A DNA stretch of 64,000 bases from Podarcis liolepis (lineage: Eukaryota). A model generated the notes under the pieces. It did no database searches. It saw only the letters and a list, made by a program, of their open reading frames with translations, and had not been told where the DNA came from. Made by a program: the position numbers and the translations under genes. The stretch lies in assembly GCA_965112155.1 (NCBI GenBank), contig OZ218114.1; one strand, 5' to 3'. This document shows positions 12,119 to 25,040 of this stretch, piece after piece (the first letter of the stretch is position 1; every line of letters begins with the position of its first letter).

Positions 12119-13920
12119 ACCAGGGGTGGGAAACCCCTTTTCAGCCCAGGGGCTGGATAAAGAACTGGTTCACCCTCCGCAAGCTATTTTTGACTGGGTT
12201 CGGGCTTGAGTATTCATTGATTGCCAAAATGCAGACCTTGCCGGCATCCTCTGACTCTCTAGTTTTAACTTTGCCCCTCCTGGTGCCCATCAGTCCCAGC
12301 GAGCACAGCCATGTTGGCACAGGCTCATGGGATTTGTAGTCCAAAAACATCTGGAGTACACCTAGTCCTGCTTTAGAGGCACCATGATCCAATGAGGATT
12401 TCATTTGTTTATTTACATTTCTGTACCACTCCATAGTGAAGCTCTTCCAGCAACATGTTTGTAGTCAAACCTGAGAAAACCAGATTTTGAATTGTAGCTC
12501 AGCTATGAATTATCTGGAGAGTTTTGATCAAATTCATGCCTTCCTGACCTTTCTTTCCCTTCTCTACCATGTGAACAGCTACCTATCTCTGTAGATGATA
12601 GTTGGCATGGAAGAGGCAAGGGTTCTGTGTGTTAAAGCATAGCCACAGTCCTTGTGTTACATAGGAAACTTCTGTGGGGAGTGCATGCATCACACGCCAT
12701 AGTTATTAGTTATAACTCTTGCAGTGGCAGTTTTAATATTACATCCGCAAAAATTTACAGCTCTTCTGGAGCTGTGTGGATTACTGATCTGGGGGAGAAA
12801 GAAACCAGCAGTGGTATTTCATGTTCACCCAAGGATTGTAAATCAATATACAAGTTTTTAAAGTAAATTGCTCATAATAATATTGCACCCCAGACATTTC
12901 CTGCCTTTTCCAAACGTAGCCTCAGCCTGGCCCAGTTAAAGGAATCATGAAAGAGAGTCTCTATTTGCAGGAACAGCTGGGAGCCTCTTAACTCTTTTTC
13001 CAGGCTGATCAAAGGGATTGGAAACTATGTTTGGGGGGGGGGAAGGTTATCAAAATTTCCTTTTGCTTTATTTCTCTATGTTCAACCTGAAGACAGTTGT
13101 TGAATTCTTGGCTTTACAATATTTTGACCTAGGTATTGTATGAACCTAACTACAGACTTGTATTTTGAAGACTACATATTGTGCAAAGGGAGGGGAAGTG
13201 CTTTTTAAAAGGATAAAATCAATGATACTGTTGGTGCTTTCCTCATCATTGTGCATCTTCCTTTAGATGAACTTTTAGAACACTTTCCTGAGCGTTGTCT
13301 CTTCTGGTTTCTTTTCATGTGGCACCTATGAAAGGCCTTAGGCTGTGAATTCAGTACATCACTTAGCTTAATTCCCTTCAAGCCTATTGGTCACTAAAGG
13401 TCAATCCGAACTAAGCCACAGACTTGGCACTTAAATTGGGCACGCGTAAAAATGATTTGCTCTTTCCATTTTTCCTCCTGAAGCCCAAGCCGGTCTGAAT
13501 GAAACCTTTGTCATCACATTTAATCCCTGTTTGAGAACATAATGGCAAGGTAAGTTTTAATGCCATACAGGTGTTTTGCCTTTTTGGAGCCAGCAATCTA
13601 GTGCTTTTGTTCAGTCCCCTGTTCATTGGGCTTTTAAAAGAATGGAATTATTAAATTGCCACTCCCTCAAACAAGCTGATAAAAAAGTGACCTCATAACA
13701 CACCTAAAGGGGTGATGGGCTTTCCTTCACTGGAGGTTTCCTAGAGGAGAGCTGTAGCTCTTGACCACCTTCCTCCAGCAGCAGATCAGATTAGATGACC
13801 TGTAAGAACCCCTTCAGCTCAAGAAACACCAGACACCACCCAGCCAAAGTTCAGCACAGTCAGTCTTGGTGGTTTCAATGGCATACTTGAGCATTTGTTT
13901 AAATCAGGGAGTCAGTTAAT

Positions 13921-14530
13921 TTGTTGTTGTTGTTTAGTCGTGTCCGACTCTTCGTGACCCCATGGACCAGAGCACGCCAGACATTCCTGTCTTCCCCTGC
14001 CTCCCGCAGTTTGGTCAAACTCTTGCTGGTAGCTTTGAGAACACTATCCAACCATCTCGTCCTCTGTCATCCCCTTCTCCTTGTGCCCTCCATCTTTCCC
14101 AACATCAGGGTCTTTTCCAGGGAGTCTTCTCTTCTCATGAGGTGGCCAAAGTATTGGAGTCTCAGCTTCAGGATCTGTCCTTCCAGTGAGCACTCAGGGC
14201 TGATTTCCTTCAGAATGGATAGGTTTGATCTTCTTGCAGTCCATGGGACTCTCAAGAGTCTCCTCCAGCACCATAATTCAAAAGTATCAATTCTACAGCG
14301 ATCAGCCTTCTTTATGGTCCAGCTCTCACTTCCATACATCACTACTGATCACTGCCTTCCCGTGGCGAAGGGGCTTGAATAACTCAGAGAAGCTATGAAC
14401 TATGCCGAGCAGGGCACCCAAGATGGATAGGTCATAGTGGAGAGTTTTGACCAAACGTGATCCACCTGGAGCAGGAACCGGCAAGCCACTCCAGTATCCC
14501 TGCCAAGAAAACTCCATGGACAAAGACAAC
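13921..14530 (-). mobile_element. RTE/BovB LINE insertion: 3' end on the minus strand plus an inverted 5' segment
   Basis: ORF 14067-14342(-) YGSESWTIKKADRCRIDTFELWCWRRLLRVPWTARRSN..YFGHLMRREDSLEKTLMLGK is the BovB ORF C-terminus. (CAA)n tail appears as (TTG)n at 13921. 11-bp TSD AGTCAGTTAAT (13910-13920) / AGTCAATTAAT (14531-14541). Confidence 0.92.
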
Positions 14531-17500
14531 AGTCAATTAATAATGTTTATTAAATAGTCCAAAAGAAGATTTTTTTTTTAGTTTTTCTTGAAAAGCAACA
14601 GCATACCACCAGGCAAGCATTACGCTGTTCCAAGTTCTTTTAAACCTGTCAAATTAAATGTGAGGTCAGAAGTGAATTAATAATGTTAATAATAATAATA
14701 ATCTGTCCGAAAGACTGCTTGCCTTCCCCTCATGATGTTGTTTGCGCTGTGGAGAAAGCACTTGCTCGAACAGAGCCTCTCACCAAATTGGGGCCTAAGG
14801 GCTTCTTCGTCAAAACCAGATGCGTCCTTCTCCTCAACATGACTGTTCAAGTAGTTAGGGAACCTATTGATGCAGGAAGCATGGGGGGGGTAGAATATTA
14901 TCTGTGAAAAATTGAACTCTAAATGCCGGCTTTAGCTCTCGCTGACAAATAAAGGCAGCATGAAATTGATCGGAATCCTGGGGGCTTTCTTGGGCAGCGC
15001 TGGAGCCCATTCAAAACATTAATTGTAAAATATCCGCTAATTGGAATGCCTAAATCCACTTTAGTGCTTTTGAATGGCTCTGGCGTCTTGTTTTTCTCTA
15101 GGCAATTAGAAGTGCAACACAGACAAAGGAGCTTGAGAGATCTGTTCAGCAGGGACAGGAGTGTCTGGGCCTTTGGATAACACACCAGGTTGCAATGGAG
15201 TCTCAGGTGTCCTCCTTCAAACTTTAATAAGCTGGCACAGCACAGGATCTGTAGGAGGGAAGTTCTTGATCAGTACTGGCTCTGCTTCCCATCCTTTGAG
15301 GGCCAGCCTTGAAGTGACAGCAGCAACATTTACACATGTCGCATCTGGGGGAGAGGTATATTTTCCTAGAAACAAGATGCTGTTTTTTGAGTGCTTGGAA
15401 ATTGTGTCCCCCCAAAAAACCTTCTTATGTCCGATAGAGTGTAAAATCTGGTTGTGCCATGCTATGCGTTAGTATTTGGGTGGAAAACTCATAGCATACA
15501 GATGTCGTTGATGTGGGATAGTGGCTTTCAAGTTTGTGGCAAATTTTTTACAAAATTGTCCGAAAGACATATTAAAAAATAAAGTAGCTTCTGAGTTTTT
15601 GAGTGCAGCATTTGAATTGATTTGAGAAGAACATCATGGTTCATAAAAGGAATGCGCTCAAGATGAGGTATGGCTTTAGGGCATGGCATTTTGGGGATAA
15701 AACTTAATTTTTGCAAATTTCTTCAGAGGCGTCTTTAAAATATGTTCTTGGGTGTAAGGAATTAAATTTGTTACTATTTTTGTGATTGGCTAACATTTAG
15801 CTTGGTAGGTCTACATTTGTCAAATAAGCACATAAACTGCGTTCAATAATAATAATAATAATGTCTAACTGCAAGTACTTTGCAATCATTTTTAATGATT
15901 TCTGTGCAATTTTACACACATTTTACTTACCAAGTGGAATTTGAAAGTTGAAAAATTCAACACACCCTAGTACGGCAGCCTGTGCCCCTGGATCCATTGG
16001 GTTAGGGAAGGGAATGTAGCTCAAACCAAATTGTGTCCTTTCTTGCTGTAGGCCCCAGCCTTTCCTGATGACTGCAGTCATAACATTCTTAATTTTATTG
16101 AAAGGAACACCTGAAATCATGCTGAGGGTGGCCTACAAGGTTTCTTTCCTTCCCCAAGTAAAGACAAGAAGCCAGACTTGGGAAAACATTTGACTACCAC
16201 CCTCAAGCCTGATCTCCGAACTATATCTCTGATTTATATTCTTCCAGCCTGTGCCGCAAGAGGAGCAACATGGTGCTATAACTCCCATCAACCCTACCCA
16301 GCATGGCCCAATGGCCAGGGATTTATTTATGGTTTCAAATGTACAATGTCTTCCCAAGGTGAACCCAGGGCGGTTCACAATAATAACATTTGCCATTTGA
16401 AAGATAACTTTAATGTATTGCAAACTGTGGTATAAAAACTCCATAAAGCTATTAGCCAAAAACCTGGATTAACATTGACAATTATAATGAAAGTCTTCTA
16501 TGTGTTTCTGAATGCAGAAAACGCCTTAGGGTGATCCATAGCTGGGGTGCCCCCACTAAGAGTGCCTTATCTTGTGTCCTTGTCCCTCATGCTATTCCTA
16601 TTGATGAGACCACAAGCAGGACCCCCCCCCCCCGTTGAAAATTTTGAAATGGATGGTACTTTGGTCCCAGGTCATTTAGAGCTTTGTACCCTAGTACACA
16701 TTGAACGGAGCCGGGCAGCTCACAGGATGAGAGGAGTTGTCATCCAAAACATCTGGAGGAACCTTCATATTACATATTATGTGCCATATTGTGCCTTGCC
16801 ATTCTATTAAAAGCATGATGCTTCCCTGGTTCTTAAGCAGCATTTAATAAATGTGCTATCCAGCCAAGCACTCCATGATTTTGGAAGGCTAGCACCATAT
16901 TTCATATTAAGCTTTGATGATGGTTTCAGAGTGCCACAAATACCAACAGCTACACTGCTTATTTGGAGAGCATCTAAAGCTTAATTATTTGGTGGGAGTG
17001 CAGATACAGCTGTTATGGGCAGTACCCGTTCACTACACCTCAAGATTTTAACTCCTTGGAGTTGCAAATTGCAGGTGATGGTATCACACTAGGAAATAAT
17101 AATTGAAAGAAGCGTTCTGTAGCGAAGTGGGTGCTATCTACTTTCATAAAAACAGTTTATCTCATAGCAAGAACTGCACAAGGAAGTGTGCAACACATTT
17201 GGAGCAGCTGTATTCTTAGGTGTGCAAGGGTGTACAAAGCAGTGTGTAAAGGCAAGGATAGGGCAATAAATAGACAAGTGAGGCCTGTGTTCAAACCATC
17301 ATTAACTTTACTAAGTGACCTCAGGCAGAGTTTCCATATCTTAGACTAACCTACCTCACAGGGTATAAGTGAAAGGTGTATGGGGACCAAAAGAAGACCC
17401 ATGTCTGCTGCTCTCAGATCCTCAGAGGAAAACATTAAAAAAAAGTAAGAAGTCTATAAATGCAAACTGAAAGGTGTACTCCGTGGCTGGTATCGTAGAG

Positions 17501-19099
17501 GAGTCTTGGGATGTGTTGTGCCTCCTTTTGGGTGATGAAATGTCTATGAGGTCTATGAGGAGCAGAGAATCTGAGTCACTGTTAAAAATAATCAAGGCTC
17601 CCGCCCCCGCCCCGCCCCCAGTCTACCTTTGGCTACACTACACGACCCCAAAATGGCATCATGGCAACTAGGAAGCAGAGCTGTTGTATAGGCAAGCTGA
17701 GGGGCTGGTGCTATGACTGGCCAAGGATTTGTTGGAAGGGACAAGGGAAAACTTCCTTTAGCTTCCAGTTGTTCGGTCCAGAAAGTAATCTGTTAAATTG
17801 CTACACATCTTTGCCTTTCAGTAGCAAACATCCAGACAAATTTCCTTCCTCTTCCATTCCTGCTGTTACTGACACCCATCCTATCCCTCTATTGTTCAGC
17901 CTGATGTTGTACACAAATGTCATAAGAAAACATGATCGCTAGATCTGGGGTGTGGCAGCCTCTGGAAGCAGGTATACTTGATAGGTGACCCGCATGCCCA
18001 TCCCAGCTGACATGGCAGCCAGGTGTGGACATACTGAAAATGATTTAGTTTCTGCACTTGCTTGGGTCTAGTCTCTGCAAGCAGTTTCTCTTTTCTTTCT
18101 TGCCCAGCCACTGCAACCTTGATAACCACTTCAGCACCACAATCGAAGAGCATGCCAATTAACCTCTGCATTTAATGAAAATGGGACCTAGCTTTTCTTT
18201 GAGCAAATGTTTTGTGTATGGGGGATGGGCTCTGAGGACAGCTGCATTTATTTACCTGGAATGTTTTTTTTCCTCCAACAGCCCTATTACCATATTTAAA
18301 TGCAAGTATGTCTCTCTTAATTCATATTTTGCAGTAGTTTAGAGACACTTTAGCCTCTCACTTCTATTCAGTTTTTCCCTGTTAGCAATACATGTAGCTA
18401 CGGTGATAGAACTAGAGCTAGCAGGCTTGTAGTTGGCTGAGTTCTTTGGATCTCTTTTTCTCTCTCTTATCTTTTCCTCTGCTTTCCGAATCCTCTTTTT
18501 ATTTTCTTTGCCTCTGGCCTCCATATGGTTGTCTTCATAATGAGGAACTATGAGCAGCGTAATCACTGGCTAAGAGTGCCTCCTGTCTTTTGTCATCACA
18601 ACCAAAATTGGCAATACAAATTAGAGTTCTCCAAAGCTCACATCAAATTAACTCTGAAATTACTTGAGTTCTTTGGGAAAAAATGGAAGGAACTTGGGTG
18701 ATTTTTTCTGAGCCACTCTGAGGGCTCAGAGAAATTATTGGCCTTTCTGTCTTCTCCTTCCTTTAAAGGTCTCCCCACACGCTCCCAGTTTCATGATCTT
18801 CATTTTGAAGTAATGGTAGCAGCAGTGAAAGCAGACCAACATGTTAGCTAACAACCTACCGGCCCATGGGGAACTGTGACAGATGTAGTTCTCTGAAGAG
18901 CCACTGCCCTGATTTAAGATCAAATATGGGTGGGTATATGGATTCTGTAGGGGCAAGGCAACTACATCTCCTATGCTGTCTTCTTACCCAGAAGGCTGCT
19001 CCAACTGGATGGCAGAAGTAATGAGAGAGGGTGAAAACCCTCTCTTCTCTTCGCTCCATGTACTTGCAACTTTTGCCGCTGCTGCCGCTTCTACAACTT

Positions 19100-19370
19100 C
19101 AGTGGCCAAAGTGGACTTAGGGCAGCACAACCGGTTGCCCCACACAGGGCGCCAAGCTGAGGGGGTGCCTTCCAGCCTCCTTTCCAAAGCCTAGTAAGTG
19201 CTTGCCCAGCTTTGGGAAGGAGACAGGAGGACTCTGGGACCCTGCCAGAACCCTCCTGCCTCCTTCCCAAAGCCAGGCACCTCACCCACCAGATTTTGGG
19301 AAGGTGGCACAAGGGCAGTGTCAAATTTTGGCCTCGCCCAAGGCATCGTATTACCAAGATCCACCCCTGT
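19100..19370. repeat. Dispersed repeat with an internal inverted repeat (probable non-autonomous DNA transposon); related copy at 52570-52880
   Basis: gctttgggaaggag..ctctgggaccctgccagaaccctcctgcctccttcccaaagccaggca is shared with 52640-52810. Confidence 0.6.
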
Positions 19371-19416
19371 CAGTGGAAGGGAAGGGAGGAGAGTATGTTC
19401 TGAGACGGCTGGCAGC

Positions 19417-19882
19417 AATAATAATAGCAGTAATAATAATTTTTATTTATACCCCGCCCTCCCAAGCGAAGGCCAGGCTCAGAGCGGCTTACAAGCAATA
19501 ATAAAAACAAGTTGAATGATTACAACTTAAAAACAAAATTAAAATACAACATTAAAATATTAAAATATTAAAATGTAGCCTCATCGCAGGAGGAGAAGGA
19601 AAGGAAAAAAGAAAGAGAGGGAGGGAATCAAATTGGCTCCAAGCCAAAGGCCCTGGCGGAACAACTCTGTCTTACAGGCCCTGCGGAAAGAAATCAGATC
19701 CTGCAGGGCCCTGGTCTCATGAGGCAGAGCGTTCCACCAGGCCGGAGCCAGTGCTGAAAAGGCCCTGGATCTGGTTGAGGCTAATCTGGCTTCCTTAGGG
19801 CCTGGGACCTCTAGGGTGTTGCTATTTATGGACCTTGAGGCTCTCCGTGGGGCATACCGGGAGAGGCGGTCCCGTAGGTACG
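19417..19882 (-). mobile_element. L2-type LINE 3' end
   Basis: (AAT)n tail, tttatttataccccgccctccc..ctcagagcggcttaca terminus, and cagagcgttccaccag..gaaaaggccctgg motifs (RAFS..AP.WWNALP on the minus strand). Confidence 0.75.
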
Positions 19883-21159
19883 AATAGGCAGGAGAGAAGC
19901 AAGCTCACATTCTGATTAAAGCCAGGGGGGAAATTGAGGGCTTTTAAAAGCTCGCCCCTCATTTGAGCTTGTTTCTGAACCCAAGCTCAGAGGACTGCAG
20001 CAGCATCCCTGGACAAAATTTGACAAAGGGCAGAAAACCCTCCCAGCATCTCCTTGTCCCTGCAGCCCGGGGCATCTTTGATTACCAGCTCCTTATTGCT
20101 TTTGAGAAGCTCCTCCTCCTCAATGGTGGCTGGTCCCTGTCGTGCAGCCCCAACTGCTGTTCTACAGATCCTTGACTTGACTTTCAGCACTTACAGACTC
20201 TTGGCTTGTAGAATTGCCTTCCTCACAACCTTCTGCCCTGCCCTGTCCTGTCTCAGTGGACCTATCTCAGGGTAGCCATATTCAGGAGTCTTCCTCATTC
20301 ACATCTAAGCAGGGCACTGGACCAGCTCTAGGTATGAGAGGAACCCTCAACAATGATGGGCCTTTTGGCCTCCCTCCCACATCAGTGACCTCCCTGTAGC
20401 CTTACCTGGTGGCAGCGACACACAGCAGCAGCACTCTGATGAGTACCAGGCAGTTGTGTCTGGGGGAGCTTCCATTTTTGTTTCCCACAGTGCCCCTTCC
20501 ATAGCCTCCATTCAGAGCATTGTGGAGGGTTAAAAGGATGTCCCTCACTCAGCAGGGTTCCATATATATAGCTGCCAGAGAGTGCTTTGTATTGATGCTG
20601 GACCTGGTGGGGGCTTTGATGTTCATTGCAAAAGAGCGCAGGGCTTGGCAGGAGTTGAAGCTTGCTTCCTCCCCCCCCCCCGGCCACACTCATCCCTTCA
20701 AGCACATTTCTCCTCCAGCCCAAACCACTGGACCTAAGGCTCACCGCCTGCCTTCTGCTTTGACCCGGGAGTTTCATTTTGTGCTGCTTCAATGGAAGAT
20801 CCACTCACATGTTGATTTTGAATTTTTGCACAAAATAGGAAGGAATATAGGCTCTGCTTTGGCAGGACCACTGGCTGCCCATTCACAACTGTGCTGAATT
20901 GCTCTGAATTTCTCCATTATTATGTCCCATGGGCAGCTGCCACTTTTACCTTGCAGGAGAAAGGGAATGGCATCAAAGCGCTTCCCCTCTTAAGACCCAC
21001 CCAAACTCCTCTGCAGTCAATGCTCTCTCATAAATACACACACACAGTTGTTCCCACTCATACTCGCCCTTAACCTGCCTCTTTTGTTGTGGCCGTTGTA
21101 AACACTGGCTGTCCGTTGCACCTTTCCTCTTACCCCTTCTTGTTTTTCCCCACGGCCAG

Positions 21160-21219
21160 GTTTTCCGGCAGCAGCCTACGGACCAGTAGCAGCGGCAGTG
21201 GCAGCAGCAAGAGGATCAG
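21160..21219 (+). CDS. MSI2: MSI2 coding exon (G)FPAAAYGPVAAAVAAARGS
   Basis: Polypyrimidine tract and CAG acceptor at 21157-21159; donor CAG|GTAGGG; phase 1-1; matches the MSI2 C-terminal region, one Ala shorter than the human sequence I recall. Confidence 0.97.
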
Positions 21220-21276
21220 GTAGGGGGGGCCGTGGAAGAGGCGGCTACATGGCATACCTTCAGAATGCAGGGCCAG
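21220..21276 (+). CDS. MSI2: In-frame extension of the exon through an alternative 5' splice site (GRGGRGRGGYMAYLQNAGP)
   Basis: 57 nt open in frame, ending at a second donor CAG|GTAAAA in the same phase (1); RGG-box peptide. Confidence 0.78.
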
Positions 21277-24200
21277 GTAAAAGCTCTGTCGGTATTCTAT
21301 GTGGCTGCAGCTGTCCATCCCTTTCTCTGACTTTTCTCACAGTGATCTGGGGGTGCGGGGATACCCACCAAACAAAACCAAATACTACAAGCAGAGCCCA
21401 TAAGACTCAGAGCAGAGCATAGGCTGTAAGACCAGATGGTCTTTGCGGATCCATCCAGTACAAAGTCCACCCTACTGGGAGCTGTCAACTGGACCTTTTA
21501 TGAAAATGTCAAGGACAACAAAAGTTTTCATTTCTCCACAGTTTGCACTGGGCTAACAACGCAACCACACTCACACCCACATATACACACACCTGTTAAT
21601 TCCTCAACTTGTTAGGGCAGCAACCTGCATCTCCAACTTTAATGTTTGGGATGAATGCAGTGAGTAAGTTACTCTCAGTGGTGGCCCAATCCAAAGAAAG
21701 AAACCACACATCCACTAATATCAGCAAGGATTCCAAATTATGGTGTTTAGGAATGCTCTATCAAACTTTGATCTATGGATCAACCTCCTACAAATCAGCT
21801 TAGCATTCAGCTATTTAGTAAGTTCCGTTTATTCATCTGTCTCTTGAGAAAAGGGACCTATAGTGTGTGTCCCTGCCCTTTGAAATGGTGGCACTCCAGA
21901 TCTGGCCAATGCGAACAGGTCTAGTATCATACAGAATAGGGTGAGCAGTGCAGTTTGCCTTCTCTCGGGCCATTTTTAGGTGCCAAGTCTGGTCAGCTGG
22001 ACCTGGATGCTAGAAAAATAGTTCTCCCCAGTTACTTCGTAGTTCAGACATCTCACTAAAATATGGTTGGGGTGCTTAAGGATGGTTCTGGTGTGATGTT
22101 TGAATTGACAAAACCATAGTTTGCAATTGGCCAACAAACCAGAATCTGATACAATGACAGAAGTTGATTTACAAACTGGATTTTGTGCTAATTCTGGTTT
22201 GGTGTGATATTGATAGCCATTGTTTGACCTCCAGAAGCTGTACCCAAAGGGAGATGAGAGTGATTTGATGGACTTAGGAAGCTGAGTGGCAGAATACAAC
22301 AGCAGACAAGCTGTTCTAAACTATGGTCTGCTAGTATGTTTGGAAGCTCATACCAAGGTTTTGGTTCTAAACTAGGGTTAGCACAAACGGCGACATGGCA
22401 TGATGTCTAAATTGCACCATAGTTTGAAGTCAGTTGCAGTTTTAGGAGTGCAATCTAAATCAGGGGTGTTCCACCTTGGCATAAATTGGAATGGCTCTCT
22501 GAAGAGTATAACCTTTTGCAGACATCTTTAAAAATACTTTTTGCTCTTTGAGCGTGAATATTGTTCCATCTTTTGTTACCTGCTGCAAACTCTGGCTCCA
22601 GTTTCATGAGAAATGTGTGCCCACCTATAAAAAGCTCCACTTCCTTCCACTCTGTTCTCCAGTGCCCCTCCTGCTAGGGGAAGTAGTTAAGCCGCTAGTA
22701 TATCCTAGCATTCCAATTTAGGGGAAAGTGAATTATCCCTTTGGCATAATTGAGTGAAATCATGAGTGGGCTGCTAAGACTTACCAGTGCCTCTCTTTTG
22801 CTGTATTTGCTTGTTGGCTGATACCTTGGTTGTGCCTGAAGCCATTCTGAACCCTAAATACAAAGCAAGGACAAAGGGTAGACTGCTGCTTTCAGTGGGT
22901 TTTATTGCTCCCCAATCTATCTTGCTTGCTCATCTCTGTGTACTGTCTTGTGCGTTTATCCGGCCGTTTGTTCTTGCTAATATTAACTGGGTTATTGCAC
23001 TGGGGGTGGCGGTGGGGGCAATTGGAGACAACACGATTGGGCCCAAATTCCCCAGCCAGATTGTACACGTTGAGACATGTAGCAAACAACTTGGAGGTAA
23101 CTGTTTTATTCAGCTCTCTCATGATGAAGCTTGTTCTTTGACATGAAAATTTCTACACTCATTAGCTATAGGCCTCTTCAAACCGACACAAAACAAAAGG
23201 TCCCAGAGGTGGGGGAAGTGCTGTCAAGCAGCAACACACACAACCGTAATAGACTTTGGCGGGGGTGGGGGGGAGACTGAATTACTTAGGGTCCAAAGTG
23301 GGATGTTTGGAGAACTCCGTTCCATGCAAACTGGCACTGCTTGCGGAGCTACAAAGGATTCATCCATAGCAGTTTATCGTTGTATGTAGGGAAAGTCCAA
23401 GGGTTGGTTTGCTCAAAGATAGCAAAGGGATTTTTTCCCCCCTTTACTTTTTAAAATCCTTTTCTGAAAAGGATTCCATTTATTATTTGAGGAAGAATGG
23501 ACAGATTCCCTCTTCCCTTACCTGCACTTTGGGCCCATTTGGTTCCAGTTTAATTTTAAATAGAGATGATCATTTTTCCCACAGAAAGGACAAGGGTTCT
23601 GCCAGATTAAGTCTGATCTTCACTGTTGTCCTGTTTTAATCAGAGTGTCCCATCACAGCTGAACCTGAGTGTCAGCCAATTTCTCTGCTTGATATCATTT
23701 GGTTGGTTTTTTTTGTTTTTTGTTTTTGTTTTTAATTTTTTTGGATTTTTTTTCTTTTTTAAAGAACAGATTAACTTTGTGATACCAAAAAAGAAAAAAA
23801 AAGAAAATTCTAACCCTGAAATTAACACCAACATATATGGCAAGTTTAAAGAGCAGTATGGTGCCCTGTATATATTTCTTGTCTGTTTTTGAAAAAAAAA
23901 TCTCTTCACTTGCAGATCTACCCTAGTGCTCCCTCAAGGAAACTGTCTGTTGATGTGCAGAAGTGGTTTCCATTGACAAAGAAGCCTTTTCGGCTCAGGG
24001 ACAGCATTCCATTTGCAGCCATTTCCATCAAAGGGAATAGCATTGATAGTGAAGTGTATTTAAGAGCAATGGAGTCAGCTTCATGTTAATGGCACTCAGG
24101 CCTGATTCATTACAGAGGGGGAATGACAAATGGAAGTAATTGGCTTCAATATTTTGATGATTAGAGCAATATCACTCGGGGCACACTTGCAAGATGACTT

Positions 24201-24739
24201 AAGTGACTACTAAAGCGAAGACACACCTGTGTCGTAAGATGTACGAATGTTAAATGTCTAAACCACAAGACATCAGTTCAGTGTATATTTATTGATCTCC
24301 CACTGCTGAACAGATTTGAGGGGGGGAGGTCTGCACCCCTGCGGAAGTTTGTAGTTGGTCCCTGTGATTGCAGCACTGCCGTACACACAATTATTATTAT
24401 TTATTAAAAGAGTATACCACCCTATACTCTCAGGGTGGTTCATAACATAAGAATTTGTGTGTTCATGGATCTTTAAACCACACTTCATAAGGCTGGCTGT
24501 TGGATGTAGAGAACTCTGTCCTTACTGCCCACTCTGGCCTCTTGTGCATCCCTTAAGGGTACTCTACTAATTACAATCCACAGGCAGATGACCCCTCCCT
24601 GGAGCAAGGGCCTATGCTTTCAATTTTGGTGGGGAAACATTTATTTTATTTTTATTTTTTATTTACTAAATTGCTATACTACCTTTCAATCCGAGGATCA
24701 CAGGGCGATATTAGCCTGGGAGTTGGGGCTGTATGTTTC

Positions 24740-25040
24740 TTCGTTCATATTTATAGAAACATTTATATACCTCCTTTCAGCCCTGAAAGGTCCCCCAAGG
24801 CAGGTTACAACAGTGAAAACACTTCTGTAATTACAACTGGAGAGCATTGAGAGAAGCCAAGATAAAGCAAATGAAACCAGCCTCCCAACAGGCCACAACA
24901 CGAACTAAAAGTTTGGCAGGAAAAAGAATGTATTGACCGCCGCCTACCTGAATGGCATTCTAGAAGGGGCCTATCTTATCTCCTTTGGGAGGGAGTTCCG
25001 CAGCTGTGGGACTATCACCAAAGAGGCTCTACCTGGTAAC
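24740..25040 (-). mobile_element. Degenerate L2 3' fragment
   Basis: atttatatacctcctttc..ccccaaggcaggttacaa terminus and gggagggagttccg motif. Confidence 0.55.

Noticed and set aside
13921-14382. 153-aa plus-strand ORF
   Set aside because: Antisense reading of the BovB fragment.
1-21159. Search for the upstream MSI2 exons (RRMs, [25 protein letters not shown])
   Set aside because: Not found; they must lie before the window, consistent with the window opening in the alternative last exon.
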